A stretch of DNA of 64,000 nt from Yuukianura sp. NJ FZ-2021 (GCA_046563655.1 CM102286.1:12586001-12650000); one strand, 5' to 3'. Positions 1-15,100 are shown, numbered from the stretch's first letter. The notes: generated from the sequence alone by a model not told the origin. Numbers and translations are program-made.

Positions 1-9
1 AAAAAAATA

Positions 10-40
10 CACTCATGACTTTCACCACTCATGACTTTCA
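10..40. repeat. Short direct repeat CACTCATGACTTTCA x2
   Basis: Exact copies at 10-24 and 26-40. Confidence 0.8.
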
Positions 41-2078
41 TGACGGTGCCGTAAATCATGCAGTTTTTGCTTCCATTATGCTTAGACCCACTTTTCCGCA
101 ATTTCAAAAAATTTCACAAAAATTCGCAAAAGCCTACTCTGTCAGTCGAAGGCCAAAACGAACGTCCAAAAAGTCCTGCGAAATGGCGCATGCGCCAGTG
201 ATAAGTCAGGCCGCTGAACTAATTAATGCACAGGGGAAGAGAAAGTACAACTTCAAAATAATTATTGTTCATGTTCTAGTGGCATTTTCGAAATGTTCTG
301 ATTTTAGATTTCCTTTAGTCAGCTTTTGCTTTGTCGTACGACTGTTTTTTGAATCAAAGCCAGAGAAAATAGTTTAGTGTAGATTTAATTTAAAAATAAC
401 TGTAGGATTAGTGTACGTACTAAGGTAATCTTAACTTTACATGCTCCCTGATTAATGAACAAGGAAAGTCAAACTCAGAAATTTAGACATTAAAGTCCTC
501 TGAGCACGAAAACTTATACTTAATTTGGAGTTCAGTTTATTTAATAAGGTCCGATTGCAACCAGCGGAAGTCTCGAGATTATTCAAACTTTCCCTTGTAA
601 TAGGACAATCAACCCCCAGAACCAAGAGAAAGTCGCATGTCTATCTTTTACCTCACCCAGAAAATATAGAATAAGTCCGTTCATGTTTATTTAAGAAAAA
701 TGCGGTTTTATCAAAACCAAAACGTATGTAAACTTCCAAAGTTTGTCATCGAGTATTATTCAAGTAAATAATACGGCACGCCATTTTCTGTTTTTGGCAA
801 ACTAAAAAAATACTTGCATGCACTTTCTCATCGTCTGGAAATAATTTTCCCCTCATACTTCAATAACTAAATCCAGTTTTGCCCTTTTTTTGGTTCAATT
901 CACATGAAACCTCAAGACTTTTTACGTACTAAACCCTAGGATTTGTAATCAAGAGATTTCATGTTAATTCCTATGCGTGCTTGTTCAAAATTTCTACTAC
1001 AGTTCTGCCTCACTGCATTTTGCCAGGAATTACTGCTTTTCATTCCAAAAAAGAGAGATTTAGCACGAAAGATTGAAGAAGAGCCCGTTTCGAGAGTACT
1101 CGAGCCATGTAGCTCAAAACTTCCATCCTACTTAATATTTAGGTTGAGCTCCAAAGGTTAATTCTACATTCGTTAACATTCAATTTGTTCCTGAACCTTA
1201 CGGGGCTTGATTTCGGTACATTAATTTCTTCAATATCGAACTCTATAGCAAAGCGAGGCACCAAAAACACCCTCCATGGAAGTCTCTCACAATTACAATC
1301 ACGGGAAGCTCTAAAGTGCGAGTCAGGAGGCGTGAAATGTTAATTTCGTGTCTCTTAATTGCGTTTTATGAATCAGGAAAAGTGAAAGTCTCCCAGAATA
1401 AAATAAGGTGATGAATCAAATTATCGACGCGACACTAAAAACAGGCTTTCTCCCGCTTCGCTCAAACTAAAAGCAGGAAACTTTAAGGCCTTCAGAAGCA
1501 GAATTATAAAGTGAAGTTTAAATATAATTTTAGAGGAAAGGATTATTGACATTTGGCTTGGATTTAATTTAAATTCACTTAGAAATCATTCCAAAGTTTA
1601 GTAAAGAGATTGCCATCTTCCCAGCAACAGACACTGAGAGTTCAGATTCAACCGGCATCAAAACTGCTTTCCTTGCGTGAATCTGAACTCGGAATTGCAG
1701 AAAGAGCGAGAGCAGAGTTCCTATTAGGCTCCTAATCAGATTAGAGATCTCGCAGTTAATCATATTAGACAGGTAGGAGGATCTCTTCTACTTAATAAAT
1801 GAACAGATCCTGTACCTCTCCCTCTGCCATTTATTACTTCCTTCCTTTTTTCACCGAGGAAACAAGAACGGCAAGCCGTGGTCGTTCGGAGGCGTGCCTA
1901 AACCACGTTTAGCAGTACCTAAACGTAGCTAACCTTTTACGTTAGGAAGGAAAGACTAAACCACGAAGACCACACAGAACTTAACCAAAACCTCATGCTC
2001 AAATGCTTTCACTTTGCCCATACTCTGAAAAAGCTTTCGTTTTGCCCAACTCTGAAAAGACAGTATCAAAAAACTTAC

Positions 2079-2166
2079 ATAGCACCGATGTAGAGAATCC
2101 CTCGTTTCGCATCTTGGTAGAACGTTCGGTAGTAACGCTTTCCACATGAAAACTCTCGTATGTGAT
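2079..2166 (-). CDS. Sema2a: Class-2 semaphorin, internal coding exon (N-terminus of Sema domain); 88 nt, phase 1 to phase 2
   Basis: Minus strand reads TTTTTTGTTTCTTTGCAG|ATCACATACGAGAG...ATCGGTGCTAT|GTAAGT (strong acceptor and donor). Phase-1 translation is (D)HIREFSCGKRYYRTFYQDAKRGILYIGA(M), closely matching insect Sema-2a as I recall it (DHVREFNCGKLYYRTFHMNEDRDTLYVGAM). This frame is absent from the ORF track. Sema2a versus Sema2b cannot be resolved from 30 aa. Confidence 0.92.
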
Positions 2167-5100
2167 CTGCAAAGAAACAAAAAACGGGTTGTCAGTTTTC
2201 AAAAACATTTTCCAAAAATTGAATTTTCCAGTTGGGTGAAGAAGCAAGGAGCAATATATTTTGAGTAAATTAGAATTGAAATCCAGAGGAGGTCGACAAA
2301 ATTGATGAATTGAGAAAGGAATTGACCGGAAGTGCTTTCACTTTACCCTAATGGACTATCCCCTCCACAAAAAACTTTCCCTACACTAACGCATGTTCTC
2401 CCCTTCCACGTAGCTCCAAAAAAATCAAAATGGCGCATTAGTAAAAAAAAATACAACTTTAGTGTTCTCTATTTCTTCCAAAAATCGAACGTTACTACCA
2501 AAAAATACGCAAGCGTAATACGAAAACCCAAAGCGAGTCGATTTCGAGCACCGAATGTCTAATTTTTTGAATTAGGACAGGAAAAGGGGGAAAGTCCGAG
2601 AAGAATAAGAGGGAGAAGAGTCAACTGATAGAAGAAGACGAATGTCTTCCCCTATGCTGTTGCTGTAAAAAAGAAAAAGCCAAGTCAACATTTCCATCCA
2701 TCAATTTCCGATTCACAAAAAGACCGGAGTTCGAGACTTCGACTTCAACCTGACGTTGAGTTATATTAACATGCATCAAGTTCACTTCAACTGAATCACT
2801 TTTTTTCTTATCCCTTAAGCACAACACTGAATAAGCCCTTGTTATCCTCTCTCCCCCGTTGACGTCCTTAGTCACAATCCAACTGGACTTTTGACTTTTA
2901 GAGCTCCACAAAAAAACCGAAAACGCTCAACTGTCATATCATAACAAATTCGATTCGTAGATTCCTCCGAGAAGATGTTAAGCGCCGTCGGAATCTTCCC
3001 GCCATGTAAAAGCTATTTGCGCGCCTCTCCCCCTACGTGCCCCCTTCTTTCGAAAAGTGACAGCTTCTGCCGGGGTGCATCAAATTGATTAATTGTGTCC
3101 GAGCTTAGAAGTTTAAGGGAAGTAGAAACCAGGCGCTAATTTGTCATCTGCCACTCAGGATCTTAGAACTTTCGGAGAGCAATGAATCTTGGTAGGGACT
3201 TAATGTAAAGCAAGGTTAATCCTTCGTCTCTAAACTTACAACCAAGGTTAGACAATTTACACCAAATTAAAGTAGAGACGAGTTGACACAACGACTATAA
3301 AACACTGAAAACAAAAAACTATTTTCAAAAAACTTTTTAGAAGACTGCACCCCAGTTGGAATTCAAAAGCGGCCACTTTTGTACAAGTTTACAAGCATTT
3401 TTGACCTTTCGAACTCCACAATTTTTAATTTATAATTGAACTTGACGGGAGAAGTTTTCCAAAATTTTTCTCACCCTCCCTCTCTCACTCTTAAAAAATC
3501 CAAGGGTGCCATTTTTCAAAATTTTGAAACCCTTGGAGCTGAGGAGCCGTATATCAAGTTTAGAAGTTGAAATGGAATTGGACTTGGCCTTAAAAGGGGT
3601 GAAGAAGGAACAAGAGAAGAGCAGCAGGATATTTACGGATCCTGTAGTGCCAGGGAGACTTGAGGTGATCTTCGGAGGGGGCCTTGGCAATTTATTTCCC
3701 TTGAAACAATTCTAACCCCTGTAGGCACCCTACCAACCAATTTTATTTTTCCTGGGCTAATAACTTCCACGTCCACTTGGGCACACACGGAACATTTACA
3801 TTATCAAATATATTTTACTAGCCAATCAATACACACAACTTGGTCCACAAATGGGCTCTCGTTTCTGACTCGCCTGTCAACAGCTCTTCAATTTCCATTA
3901 CCATGGTCTCCGGGAAGTATTAAACTCCCAGGGACTGCATGCACATGAACATAATTACATCTTAGGAGAGCATAAACAATTGAAATTACCAGCAGGAACT
4001 ATCAGCACATGCTCAAAAAATGAGATTCCAAATTTGATCGCCCTAGTCCGATTATTTGACCTTTGACCGTGAGAGTTTTCCAACTAAAATTAAACTTCAG
4101 ATCATAGTTTTAGATTAGAAATAAAAAATTCTCAAATCAACTTTAGTATCAAATTATTTTACTAAAATATTCCGAGTTCTGGCAATTTCCATGCTGAAAA
4201 ATTTCTTTATCTCAAAGCCATTTCCTGCTAATATTTTCCAAGTTTTTGTCAAAGGACATCTGAAGAGCATCTGACGTTCGTGTCATCCAGAACTTTGCAT
4301 GTTTAGGTTAGTAGCTTTCACTGCAATTATCGAAATGCCCAAATGCAAAATTTATGCCAAAAAAGAAAGTTTCCTCGAAAACTACAGAAAAAAAATAACA
4401 AAAACTGAACTAAACCCACCATAAAAACCGCACTTTCTCTGACGGGGAAAACCGCAATTTTTGGTAAAAATGTTTAGCGTTATAGCACTAGTTTTCTTTC
4501 TCGATGTTCTGTATTTTTTGGCACGACTTCACCAATAAGATACTTATGGAATGCAAAGGGCAAGGTAACACCTCATAGGAACTCCAATGATTTACTACAT
4601 ATGGATCGACTACACGAGAAAAAACATAGAAAAAGTTCTAATATTATGTCAGCCGAATTGAGAATTAAGTGAATTTGTGCCAGAGTCCATGGAAGAACCC
4701 ATTTCTCATGTTGTTCTTCGCCCTAGAAAGTACATTTCCCAGCATCATAGCATTTCCTTATGATAACTAACTCTAACTCTTTTCTCATTATTTATGTAAC
4801 CCAAAAAATTCCAGCAAGTCCCGGACTTAGAAGGCACCTACGGTCCAAAAGTCCTTAAGTTTGAGCCATAAATCACACTCCATGACTCTTCCACTTCAGA
4901 TCCAGAGAGAGCCAGAGAAAGCCACAACTCAGGGAAGTGGGACGTCTTATAACTACAAACTGTAAGAAACCTATTAGAACCTACACAGGACTTCTAAATA
5001 CCTTCCAAGAACAAAACATGATGAAGGACAGCAGTAAGGGCCCAAATGCTAATGCTAGGACAGAAACATGTCAAGTCCTGGTGTGACGACGAGCGACATG

Positions 5101-8100
5101 ACTTGCGCAGGAGACACTAGAGAGCTTCCTGGTGTCTCTTTCTAAAAAACACAAGGACACTTTTCAAAAACCTACACATTATACAGGAACAATCAAATTT
5201 TATGAGTCACATTTTGTACAACTTTTAGGACAAATCCTCTGGACTTTTTAGTTTCCAAATCCCCCGCTGGTAGTGCAACTACTCACAACTTTTTTTAAAC
5301 TGCGGGATCCAGTCCAGTTACATTAAAATTCCAATTTATTCTCTTGGCATTAGGCGCTTCCAATTGTACAAATTTTGAACATGAAGTTGCAGTCATTAGA
5401 CAAAAGCTGCAGTTTTTTGTTACGCATAACGAGAGCAATGAACTTGTTCGGCGTACCACTTTGGTGTGATTATAATTTAATTTTGTTAGAGCGCAGTCGT
5501 GGGTTGTATGGCGGAAGTTGCGTCGTTTTCCAAAATGGAACTGCATCCAGATCCTGATGCAAGATAGTGTTGGACTCAAGCCTAAACGCCACCTTCTTCC
5601 TTACTTATTCTAATTTAAAAAACTCTGCTCATGTTCTGATGCTTAGTTTTCCGCAGTTCCAGTATAATTTCGAGCGAGACTTAATGTTTATGTCAGCTCA
5701 AGCTCTTTCCATGTACAGAACTCCAAAGCCTCAAAAACATCAGTCCAAAAAGTTCTGATCATAAAACAACGGTGAAAGTGGTAATCCAACTCCTCATTAA
5801 TTAATTTCAACTCCCCTGACAAACCGGCTTTCCAGCCCAGAAAAAGTTGGACAAACTTACACAAAAAAAAAACTAAGTTTTAGGGTTGTAACGATCCAGA
5901 AAATGATTCACTTTTTCATGGTTCGGTATGATACGTATCTGCTCCGCTGGACTTAACCTTCCTCTCCCCTGCTCATACACGTTTCTGCCCAAAATATAAT
6001 TTTTGGTAAAAGGAAAACATGAACATAATGGATCATTTTTTCCAAGTATGAACTTTAGTCCCTAACTTTATGACCGAGCACCCACACCCAACTCTAATTG
6101 GAAAGTATTAGTGACACTCGTGAATATTACTCTCGACCTTACTTTTGAAAGGGCTCCTCAGTTACAATGTTAACCCAGCCATAGATCCTTCCAAAACTTA
6201 TTAATTTCCATTACTCTATCAGCCTCCAGAATCTGGATCTATGGAAACGATAAGTAGATTAACTCGACATAACCTTTTCCCAGCCAAGGCTTCAGTTTCA
6301 CTTTTTTCAGCTCCAAAACCATCTCCAAATTGGGTCTGAACATAGGCTCAAGCACTCTCAAATTAGTTGAAAAGCCTTCCCAAAATGACCAACTCCAAAA
6401 ACAATGACAGAAGCCAAAAGCTGCTTCCCCTGCACTCTGAATAGGGTCACATCCAAAGACCTGCTAAGCGGCTTTAGCCTTTAGCTTGAAAAAAATCCAA
6501 ATCTCTACTTTCCCTTAGGCTCAATTGGAACAACTTTTAGGAGAAAAAGAGAAAATTCCAAGGACTCAGAACTCCAACTTTTCAAATTGGAACAAAATAG
6601 GGAAGATCAACAAGACATAGTAGGGAGACAGCTTCTAAGTTTCTTTAGCACAAAAATCCTTGCTTTCCCTCTACTTTCTTTCCAAGATCCTTAAATTGTA
6701 AAGTTACGAGTATGATGTACCAGAAAAGAAAGTTGTGTATCCTGGATAAGAAGCTTTGGGTTCAAGCCAAGCTACGGGTAGAAAGTGAGCCTTTCTCCCT
6801 GTGGACAAAATAACCTTCCAAGTCTCCTTTGTAGGAAAATCCAACCAAAAGAAAGTAGCTTCTCATCTTCACCAATTCATAAGATCCGCTCATCCGTACT
6901 TTTGAAAAGCTTAAAGGTGTGAGAACATACAATACAATCCGAAATGTTAAAAAAAAGGCTTTTCATGAACCTTGGTTCAAAATCCGCAACATTCTGAGCT
7001 CATTTTTTTTGTCAAATACATAAATAAGGGGGGCACCTTAATAAGACGACGGAATTGGAGCTTAGACTCTAGTTTCTTTTTTAGTTTAGCTATGTCCTAC
7101 TATTTTTTACTTTCTAAAAAGTCTCCAAACGACATTTTCCAATCCTATTTTACTCCCTAAGCAGTCAGTCTCAAAATTTTCTTTACTCCTTTTACGTTAA
7201 CTTTCACCCTAGCTTGGTGAAAACGAGAACTCTTTTCTCCAAAATCCTTTCCAGCGTCTCCCTTCTAATCAATTTCAAAAGAGAAAGTGTAAAAGGGTCC
7301 AAGGGAGACTTCGCAGAAGTGTTAGGCCTCTGCTGTTTGTAACTGTGTAGGATGTGGGAGCGATGATGTGAACTCTGAAAGGCATTAGGTTCTTAGGGAA
7401 GTGTACGTCGAGTGCATGTGGGAGCTTCCGAGGGAGAGAAAGTTAGGTTTCCGCTTTCCCCGTTGCCTTAGCACACACAAGACGCAAGAATGCAATATCT
7501 GTCTTCCGTTTATAGAAATATATGTGACTAGAGAAAACATGGATGTGTCTCCTGTGAATATTCCAATCCATTTCTAGCTCCCCGCTCTTACCAGTACTGG
7601 TAGGGCTTTGCCCTTAGCACAAACATCCATCTTCCAAATTATAACTGGGTATCCCTAGTTTTCCCGCATTTTCCGTTTTTACACTTTCCCATACGTATGC
7701 ATCAACATCATAAGTGAAAAATATGTTTTCTCTTTAACTTCAACTTGTCATTTCTCCTCGTGAAACTTTCTAGCGCTTCTTTCTCTCCTGATTCCTATGT
7801 CACTAAAAAGTTTTCGAAATGAAATTCAACCCAAAAGCGGGAAAACCCATAGGATTTCAAACTGTTTTAACACCATCACTGCTCATATTCCAAAGAGATT
7901 TCCAGTTTGAAAAGTTAGGCGAACTTTCCTACGTTAAAGATCCTTTTGTCTAAAAAGAGAATGTTGATTGAACGCCGAGGAAACTGAAAGTTGGAAAAAC
8001 CGAAACAAGGCCACCAAAAACTATACAAAAACAAATTTTTGAAAATCTTTCCTATCCTACTAGTTTGTTCAAACTAGAAAGTGCGAGAGCTCAGGTAAAG

Positions 8101-11100
8101 TTTTTTAGTAAAAGTAGAACAAAGCTTTTGCCAAAAAACAGCTCAATCAAACGTTAGCAAAATTTCGCCACTTTTGAGCGCCAAAGTTTTACTTTCAGTT
8201 CAGTCTAAAAACTTAACCTTGTGGGACTTTTCTCACTAACTTTTCAAAAAACTTTCCAGTAACTATGAGCATTCTACGGTTAGTGCCAAGGGAAAAAAGG
8301 CAGTGGGAATTTTACTTTTAATGTTTAGCCTTCCACTCTTTGTATCACTTCTGAGCATCAAAGCTAATAAAACTCCTTGGTCGGTTTTAACGATGTAATC
8401 ACGCGAAAGAGCAATATAGCACGGCATTCGAGACAGAAAACAGCAACTAGCGTACAAAAGTATTCTCCAGGAACAATCAGCAAAAGTCCAAATCCAGGAA
8501 AATGTTACAAAAAGGAACAAACAGAGAACTCGTGGGCTTCATTTTCTCTAAGTGGCCATTTCAACAAGAAACTAAAATTTTAGTTATTTTCTCCAGCGGA
8601 AGGTGCACAGAGCAGAGGTCGTACCAGTGTTAATGGTGGACCTCAAAATGCAAAAGGGGAAAAGGGCGGAGGGAAAGTGGCCGTTATGGCTCTGCTAATG
8701 GCACTTTTAGAATCATAGTTAAACAGAGAGAAAGTACCATAGGAAAAACTGAAGGCTAGTGGCCTCCATGATATTCATAGACTCTAACCTAACCTCCGCA
8801 ACATGAGATTTTATGTCCCACGTCCCACTACCACAAAATTAGAATTGGAAACCACAGGACGGATGTCCGCAGAAATTAGTCATTCCAATTTTCCCGCTTA
8901 AACTTACCGCTCTCTGTCCTCATCACAAACCAAACCTCACAAAGTTTCCCCTCGTCTCCAATTATACCATTACCTCATTTCCTCAAAGGTGGCAAACTAG
9001 TAATTAGAAATTACGGGTTGAATTGGAACTAAACAAGGCAAAACTCCATCAAAATTAACAAGTCACCTCTGACCTCAATCAGTTTCCAACGACAAAGTAA
9101 ATGTTAAACGTAATGATGCAAAAAAAATCGAAAAAAAGGGGGAAATTTTAAATTAAGGTAAAATTCGAAGTCAAAATTACCGTTTTTTGAATTGTGTGTT
9201 AATAAGCATGTGCGTGTAGCCGAGTACTTTCGCTTCCCCTGCTTTTAGTTTCTCCATTTTCAAAGCAAAACGAGAACAAAGGGGGAAGTCAACAGGGTGA
9301 AAGTGGAGGGGAGACACTTTCTCCCTGCGTCTCCACATGTCTTGGACTTTTGAAATTTTAGAACTCGGAATTGCATTTTAAAAGAACACGCAAATACTAT
9401 CAAAGTGGACAGTCACCCAACCCCAACCAAAGGGCGACAAGCTGCTAGTTCTAATGGAAGGACGAAATAACATAGTTGCTTGCACAAAACTGCAGGCACT
9501 CAAGCTCAATTTTCAAGTTGAGAAGAAACAGCGCGGAGGGAGAATTCTAATAAATGTGACAGAGACAAAACGTCAATCGGACCGAGGTAAACGCAGCGTA
9601 ACATGAACAAGAAAATGCAAATAAACTTTCCCCTGCACTTTTCCACTAAATAGTAGCCTTCGTTCCAAAACTTTTGGTTGCTACTGCAGCGGTTGCTGGT
9701 TTCCACCATGCGGTGTCTACAAAAAACACGTCTGCGCAGGTCAACGTTCTCTTTTACAAAACAATGGATTAACTTCTATACAAATTCGGTGGAAAAATCG
9801 TTAAAAGATACAGCAGGAACTCTGAACAAAATAACATTTGTGTAGTCGAAACAGAAGGAAAGTCTGGCACTGATCCATGTCCATTTTGGATCCAATTTCC
9901 ATTTTATCCAAACTTCAAATTTTCCCTCCCTCTCCCTTCCATGTCATGTCATCTCGACAAAACGATTGACGCATAACTACCTAATATTGAGAGCTACGGA
10001 AATCGATACAATAACCTTCAAGTTCAACATAGACTTTTCAATTTTTTACGTTGCAACAAAAAATTAAAACACTCAAACTGCAAAAAACTTTCGCACGCAA
10101 CACAAGTTTTTTGATTTTTTTTTGTCAATTCAAAAATTTACCGCTTAAAAGCTTCTAATGCTTCAATGCCACTCAAACAAACGTGTGGCAGACGAATCAA
10201 TTGGAAAGCTTTTGAGTTTTGGCAGATTTGGATCAACATTTCAAAAAAGTTTGAAAGTTTTTTTTTGAAACCCTGTTTTGTTAAATAATAATTTTTAGAA
10301 CTCAAACAGCATGCTAACGTTTCTCTCTCACAGTAAAAGTTACCCTTAAAAATGAATCCGTCTAGAATTATCTTGTCATTTGTATTCACTGAATCTAACT
10401 CACTAAAAAAACTAATGACTACCAGTACACTTTCTACTTTTTTGAATTTCATTTAAACTTTCAAAAAAATCCCGCTCTATTGTTTTCCTTTTGACTATCT
10501 GACAGTTCCTGTTAAAGTTATAAGTCAAAACAACTAAACTTTTTATTTCCCTTGCTCAAATAAATTTTTCTGGTTTTGATCTCTGACAGTATTTTTGACA
10601 GGTTTAGAAAAGATTGGTGCGTGGAGAAGCCTTAACGCATTTTATCCAAACTACTTCTGAAATATTACACTTTTTCTAGATTTCCTTTTTTTAAAAAAAA
10701 CGTAGAATAGAGACGGAAAGTGTTGCATTAGCTATGCAAAGCATGTCTCACTCCTTACACTCAAGTATGAAAACACTGAAAACCCTCTACTTTTATAAAC
10801 TTAAGTCTTGAGGAAATATACAAGGAATCAATAAAGAAGTTTTACAGAAAATGGAGAAACACGCACGCGAAGCCAACGTTGGAATATATTGTTCTAGCAG
10901 TTAACTTTTGAGTGGCGGTGGTCGCCGGGAGTGCACACACGTCTTGGCTTCCGCATAACCTCAAAGTTTAAGTTTAAAGTACGAAGGGGTGCATCTTGAT
11001 GCACTTTGGGAGTGAAAGTTCAAGTCTCTTTATGAGAAAAATGAAAAACTTGAGGAATTGCTTTGGCACGCGGAATACCAAGTAGCTTTGCCTTTAGTTT

Positions 11101-13449
11101 CTTTTCCAAAAAAAGAGAAAGATTTTTTTTCTATAAACGAAGAAAAGACATTTTTATCATTGCCCTCCGCTCCCTGCCAAAGACCCCCACTTTCCCCCTT
11201 TTCAATTTGTTACAAGATGAAACCGACGTCGTGTCAAACCCCTTTTTCCAGAGATGATGTCATATAACACACGCTTTCTGTTTACTCCCAGCCACTTTCC
11301 AGTAACAAAAGACTTTCCACTTTACTGCCTAACCTAGGTCACCCTAGGGTCAAACAACCCAAAAACTTTCAAAACTTAGTTATTACACTCGCCCAACACA
11401 CAATAACACACCGCGTGTACCCTAACATGCTTCTAAAAGAGAAAGCACTACAGTTAATCTTAGGTTAGTTTTGGACTTTAGAAACCTTCGAAACTTCAAA
11501 TTCGGCCCCAAATTACTTTCTCCGCCTTTTCCAATTCCAATTATTTTGTAGCTGTAGCAGTAACAAGGGAAAGGTGAGTCATTTTCCCTTTGAAGTGACT
11601 CTGAAGGTTAGCTCAGCTTAAATGAACATAATCTTGGTTCAATTTACTAAGGGCTAAGAGTGCATAGGATTTCACTTTCTCCTAACGAATGTAACGCCTT
11701 AATTATGCAGTCCATAAATATTTAATAACGTGTTCCAGCGCCTCACCTAAAGACACAAGGTCACCATTAGAGCCATGCCTTTTCTTCTCCCTCAAAATGA
11801 AATTTCCAATGTGACCTTCCCAAAATCCAATGACAATGACAGAAACTCAAATTGAATGCTAAGCTTCAGCCTAATTGTCACTGTTTAGGTTCAGTTGACT
11901 TCAACATAGGCAGAAGGTTAAGGTTAAAAGCGCCCTTTAAAACTGTTTTGAAAATCATCTTTACTGCCTTATCCTTCTTCTTTTCCTTTAAACTCTGTCC
12001 AAGCTCTACTTACGCTTCTGCGTATAAGGAATTCACACTTTAGGATTTCGGAGAAAAAAAGAGCTTGGGAAAGGTGACAGGAGAATATTAGTAGTGAAAT
12101 ACGACATAGTAAAGCAATTCAATGGACCTGAACCATGCTCGGTTCACTTCCCCCTTCATAGCTGTTTTTTTCTTCAAAAAAAAATTTCAAAAAAGAAAAA
12201 AAATAGGAAAGATCTTGGAGACTAGATGTAGTTGCGGCAGTTGCTTTTCGGATCTTCGACAGGCCAAAACCATGTCTTTTCTTTATATTTACCTTTTTCA
12301 ATGGGTCCTTGTCCTGCCTCTTGTCAAGGCTAAAGTTATGGGAAAAGACTTTACTCTTTTTTAAGTTATTGTACACAGAGGCATATGTCTCCAAACCGAA
12401 AAGCGACATTGTGACGCTAGCTGACGAAGGAAGGGGGACTCGAACCCAAAGACTTTACCCTCTAACAGAACCCACAACAAAGACCTTTGAAATCGTCACG
12501 GTACTTAACACAGATATAAATTATGCTTTAAATTGAATGAAATAGAGAAGCCGGCCTTCTGGATTTTTTCAAATCTTCAACAATGAAAGCACGTTTGAGG
12601 CTCCTTTGTTACTTTGAAAGGCAACAGGGGAAAGGAATGCTTTAGACAGACTTGCTATAGAACAAGATGCAGCTTCAACCGCAAGGAACTTTGAAAAAAG
12701 GGATTTTCTAATACTCGCCTATTGTTAGAATTTGTTCAAAAATTTGCGCGTAAAGTAAGAAGATGAAGAAATTTACCTCTATGATGTCGAATTTTATGAG
12801 CACAGCAAGGTGTTCCCTCAATTTCATTTTCCCAGGCGAGGACCACAAGGGGAGCCATTGAGAATGGGCAAAGTAAGGCCAAGAACATCACCACCACAAT
12901 GCGAAACCAAAGTCGAAACATTTCGTTGCAAATTTTCAAAACCGATTTCAAAAATTCCTTAAATTGGTTCACAAGTCGAACCGCAACGTCAAAAAATTTG
13001 ACCGGGAGAAGTCAAAGGCTGGGAGGCAATTCGTCTTATTTTTCAGAAGTTTCAGAAACAAACCGAAAAGGTCACCATTCCACAGAAACCACCAAGAAAA
13101 GTGAGATTAATGAAGAGTCCAGCAGTTGACAAGTCATTTCTTTTCCTGCAGCACGATGTATCTCACAGTTCCAGTCCTAACTTTCCCCCTAAAGCTTCAC
13201 TAATGATTGGATTTATCGAAATCTCATATTGTTCCTTCCGTGTGGTCAATTTCCCCTTCGGAAGTTAGAAAAAAACCGAAAAAGCTTTTCTCGGTTTTTT
13301 CCCTTCAAAGCTTCTGCTTCCTGATTCCTATCTGAAGATTCTCCAAAAAACTTAGGATCTTGATTAAATTCTCCTAGGAAATGTGGTGTATAACTTTGCG
13401 TTTTGTGTCGTCATCTGCTAGTAGTATGTCCCCAATACTTCTTCTTGTC

Positions 13450-15100
13450 TTGACTTTGGCTGTTGTTAGGTTATGGCAAATTGGAAAGTCTGCAGAGAAA
13501 GTCTCAGCCTCCCTTTGTCTTTTGTTCTAATCGTTCTGGAAGAAGAGAAAGACTCAACGGCTTTGATGAAATACTTCAAGATCTTTCATCTAAAGTCTTT
13601 CTCCAGTAGTTCCAGCACAACGTTCCAAAGATGAAGTGCTTGCCGACATTCCAGAAGCATGTCCTCAACTTCCGTCTTCATCTCTCACCATGATCTGATT
13701 ATTCTCTTACAGACGCACGTTCCTAGTTAGTTCACTCGAGTTCTAAAAAAACCTAACCTTTCAGTCAATAGTCCAACCTAACACAGTACATGTCAGCAGT
13801 AGCTCCTCTTTTTTATTCTCTCCAGCTACTGTATTTTCTTTTTCCGGTTCCCCAGTGTCCCAAAGTCCACTTTCACCAAGTTCTAAAGGCTTCGACACGT
13901 AGAGCTCAGCAGCGTCAACTTTGAACGATGCCTATCACACGAAAACTTCAACTTCTGCGTCTCTTCTGTCTTCGTGTCCGTCTCAATTAAGACTCTTTTC
14001 TCAAAATGACTCAAAGGAGAGAGAGTGGAACAAGATGAAGACGTTACTGGGTCCGACGAGGGTTCGAATCCAAGTCAATGTGTTAAACTGAGAAAATTTT
14101 TAAAGGGAAGACAGCTGGAATCCGGGCGGATGGTGTGGTGTTGTGAGGGTGAATATGATGGAAAGGTGAAGAAAAAAACGTAGGGTATGAAGCGAAGAAA
14201 ATTGAGGTGTAAAGTTCTTCGATGTTCAAACGTGTACAGTTCACATGCTCATCTTCATTTTTCAAATTCAAAAAATGGGTAGGGCAACCACCATTAAATA
14301 CTTCCTCTGGCACTAGTGCTGTTAAGCTTCAGCTAACCAAAAAATGTCTTAACTTTTTGAAGAAATTATTAAACCACAGGCTTTAGCACTTAGGCGGTGT
14401 ACTTTACTTGCTTATTGTTGTAACGCACCGCCGCACCGTTCCAAAAAATTATTAGTCTTCACGCCTAACTGCCTGGACTTCTCCCTCTCTCACACTTGTA
14501 AAATTATTCCTATTATCACTTTCTTTTAAAGCTGCAAAGCAAATGCTTGCTCACAAGACGGAATTAAAGAGTTGTTCCCGGGTCAAAATTATTTACGACT
14601 CTCAAATTTTGAACAAAAAAAAGTTCCACGGTGAGACTTGTGAACGAACGGCCACGCTCTTTGGCACTGTTGAAAAGACTGCGGCGGAGATACGCGTCGT
14701 CACAATTTAACAAGTTTTCAAAATGTACTATAAGAAAAACCACTTCTGTCGTCGTAAATTTCAAAAGTCAACAATAGAAGCCACTCCGTGCGTAATCTCT
14801 GTCATCGAGATGCCCAGAAAACGAAACAAAGTCTCCTGTCTAAAATTCTTGACATCCAACTTCCTCTTCTTGACTCTAATTACTGGGTTCAATTTGTTGG
14901 TGAAGTAGGGAGACTTAAGGGGTCCAACTGTGCCAGCCCAAGCAGTTTCCTTTGTTTATGCTGCCTCAAGGAACCGTAAAACATGAAGAAGATGGGGGTA
15001 CTTAATGATAGGGATAATTTGCTTTTTGAATGTCTCAATTTGAGGCTAAAGTTCTTCACGTTCAAACCGTTTCTGGCAACAATCAAGGTTGGAAGAGTGA
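13450..15100 (-). mobile_element. Possible highly decayed non-LTR retrotransposon ORF2 relic
   Basis: Minus frames give ...KRKLDVKNFRQETLFRFLGISMT (~14800-14870, KYLG-like RT motif). About 1.1 kb downstream is CVC...EVEDMLLECRQALHLWNVVL (~13620-13717), resembling the C-terminal CCHC region ETxxHLFxxCxxAxxxW. No YADD motif found. Confidence 0.22.

Noticed and set aside
1202..1310. Minus-strand exon-like segment as a possible next semaphorin exon
   Set aside because: It does not begin with the required phase-2 G-GAY, and the translation does not resemble Sema-2.
5295..5579. QLPPYNPRL, similar to Tc1/mariner or integrase motifs
   Set aside because: Single short motif without supporting DDE context.
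7589..7602. 14-bp perfect palindrome TACCAGTACTGGTA
   Set aside because: Palindromes with 7-bp arms are expected a few times in 64 kb by chance.
12436..14071. tRNA genes at the two B-box motifs
   Set aside because: No acceptor stem or cloverleaf could be built.
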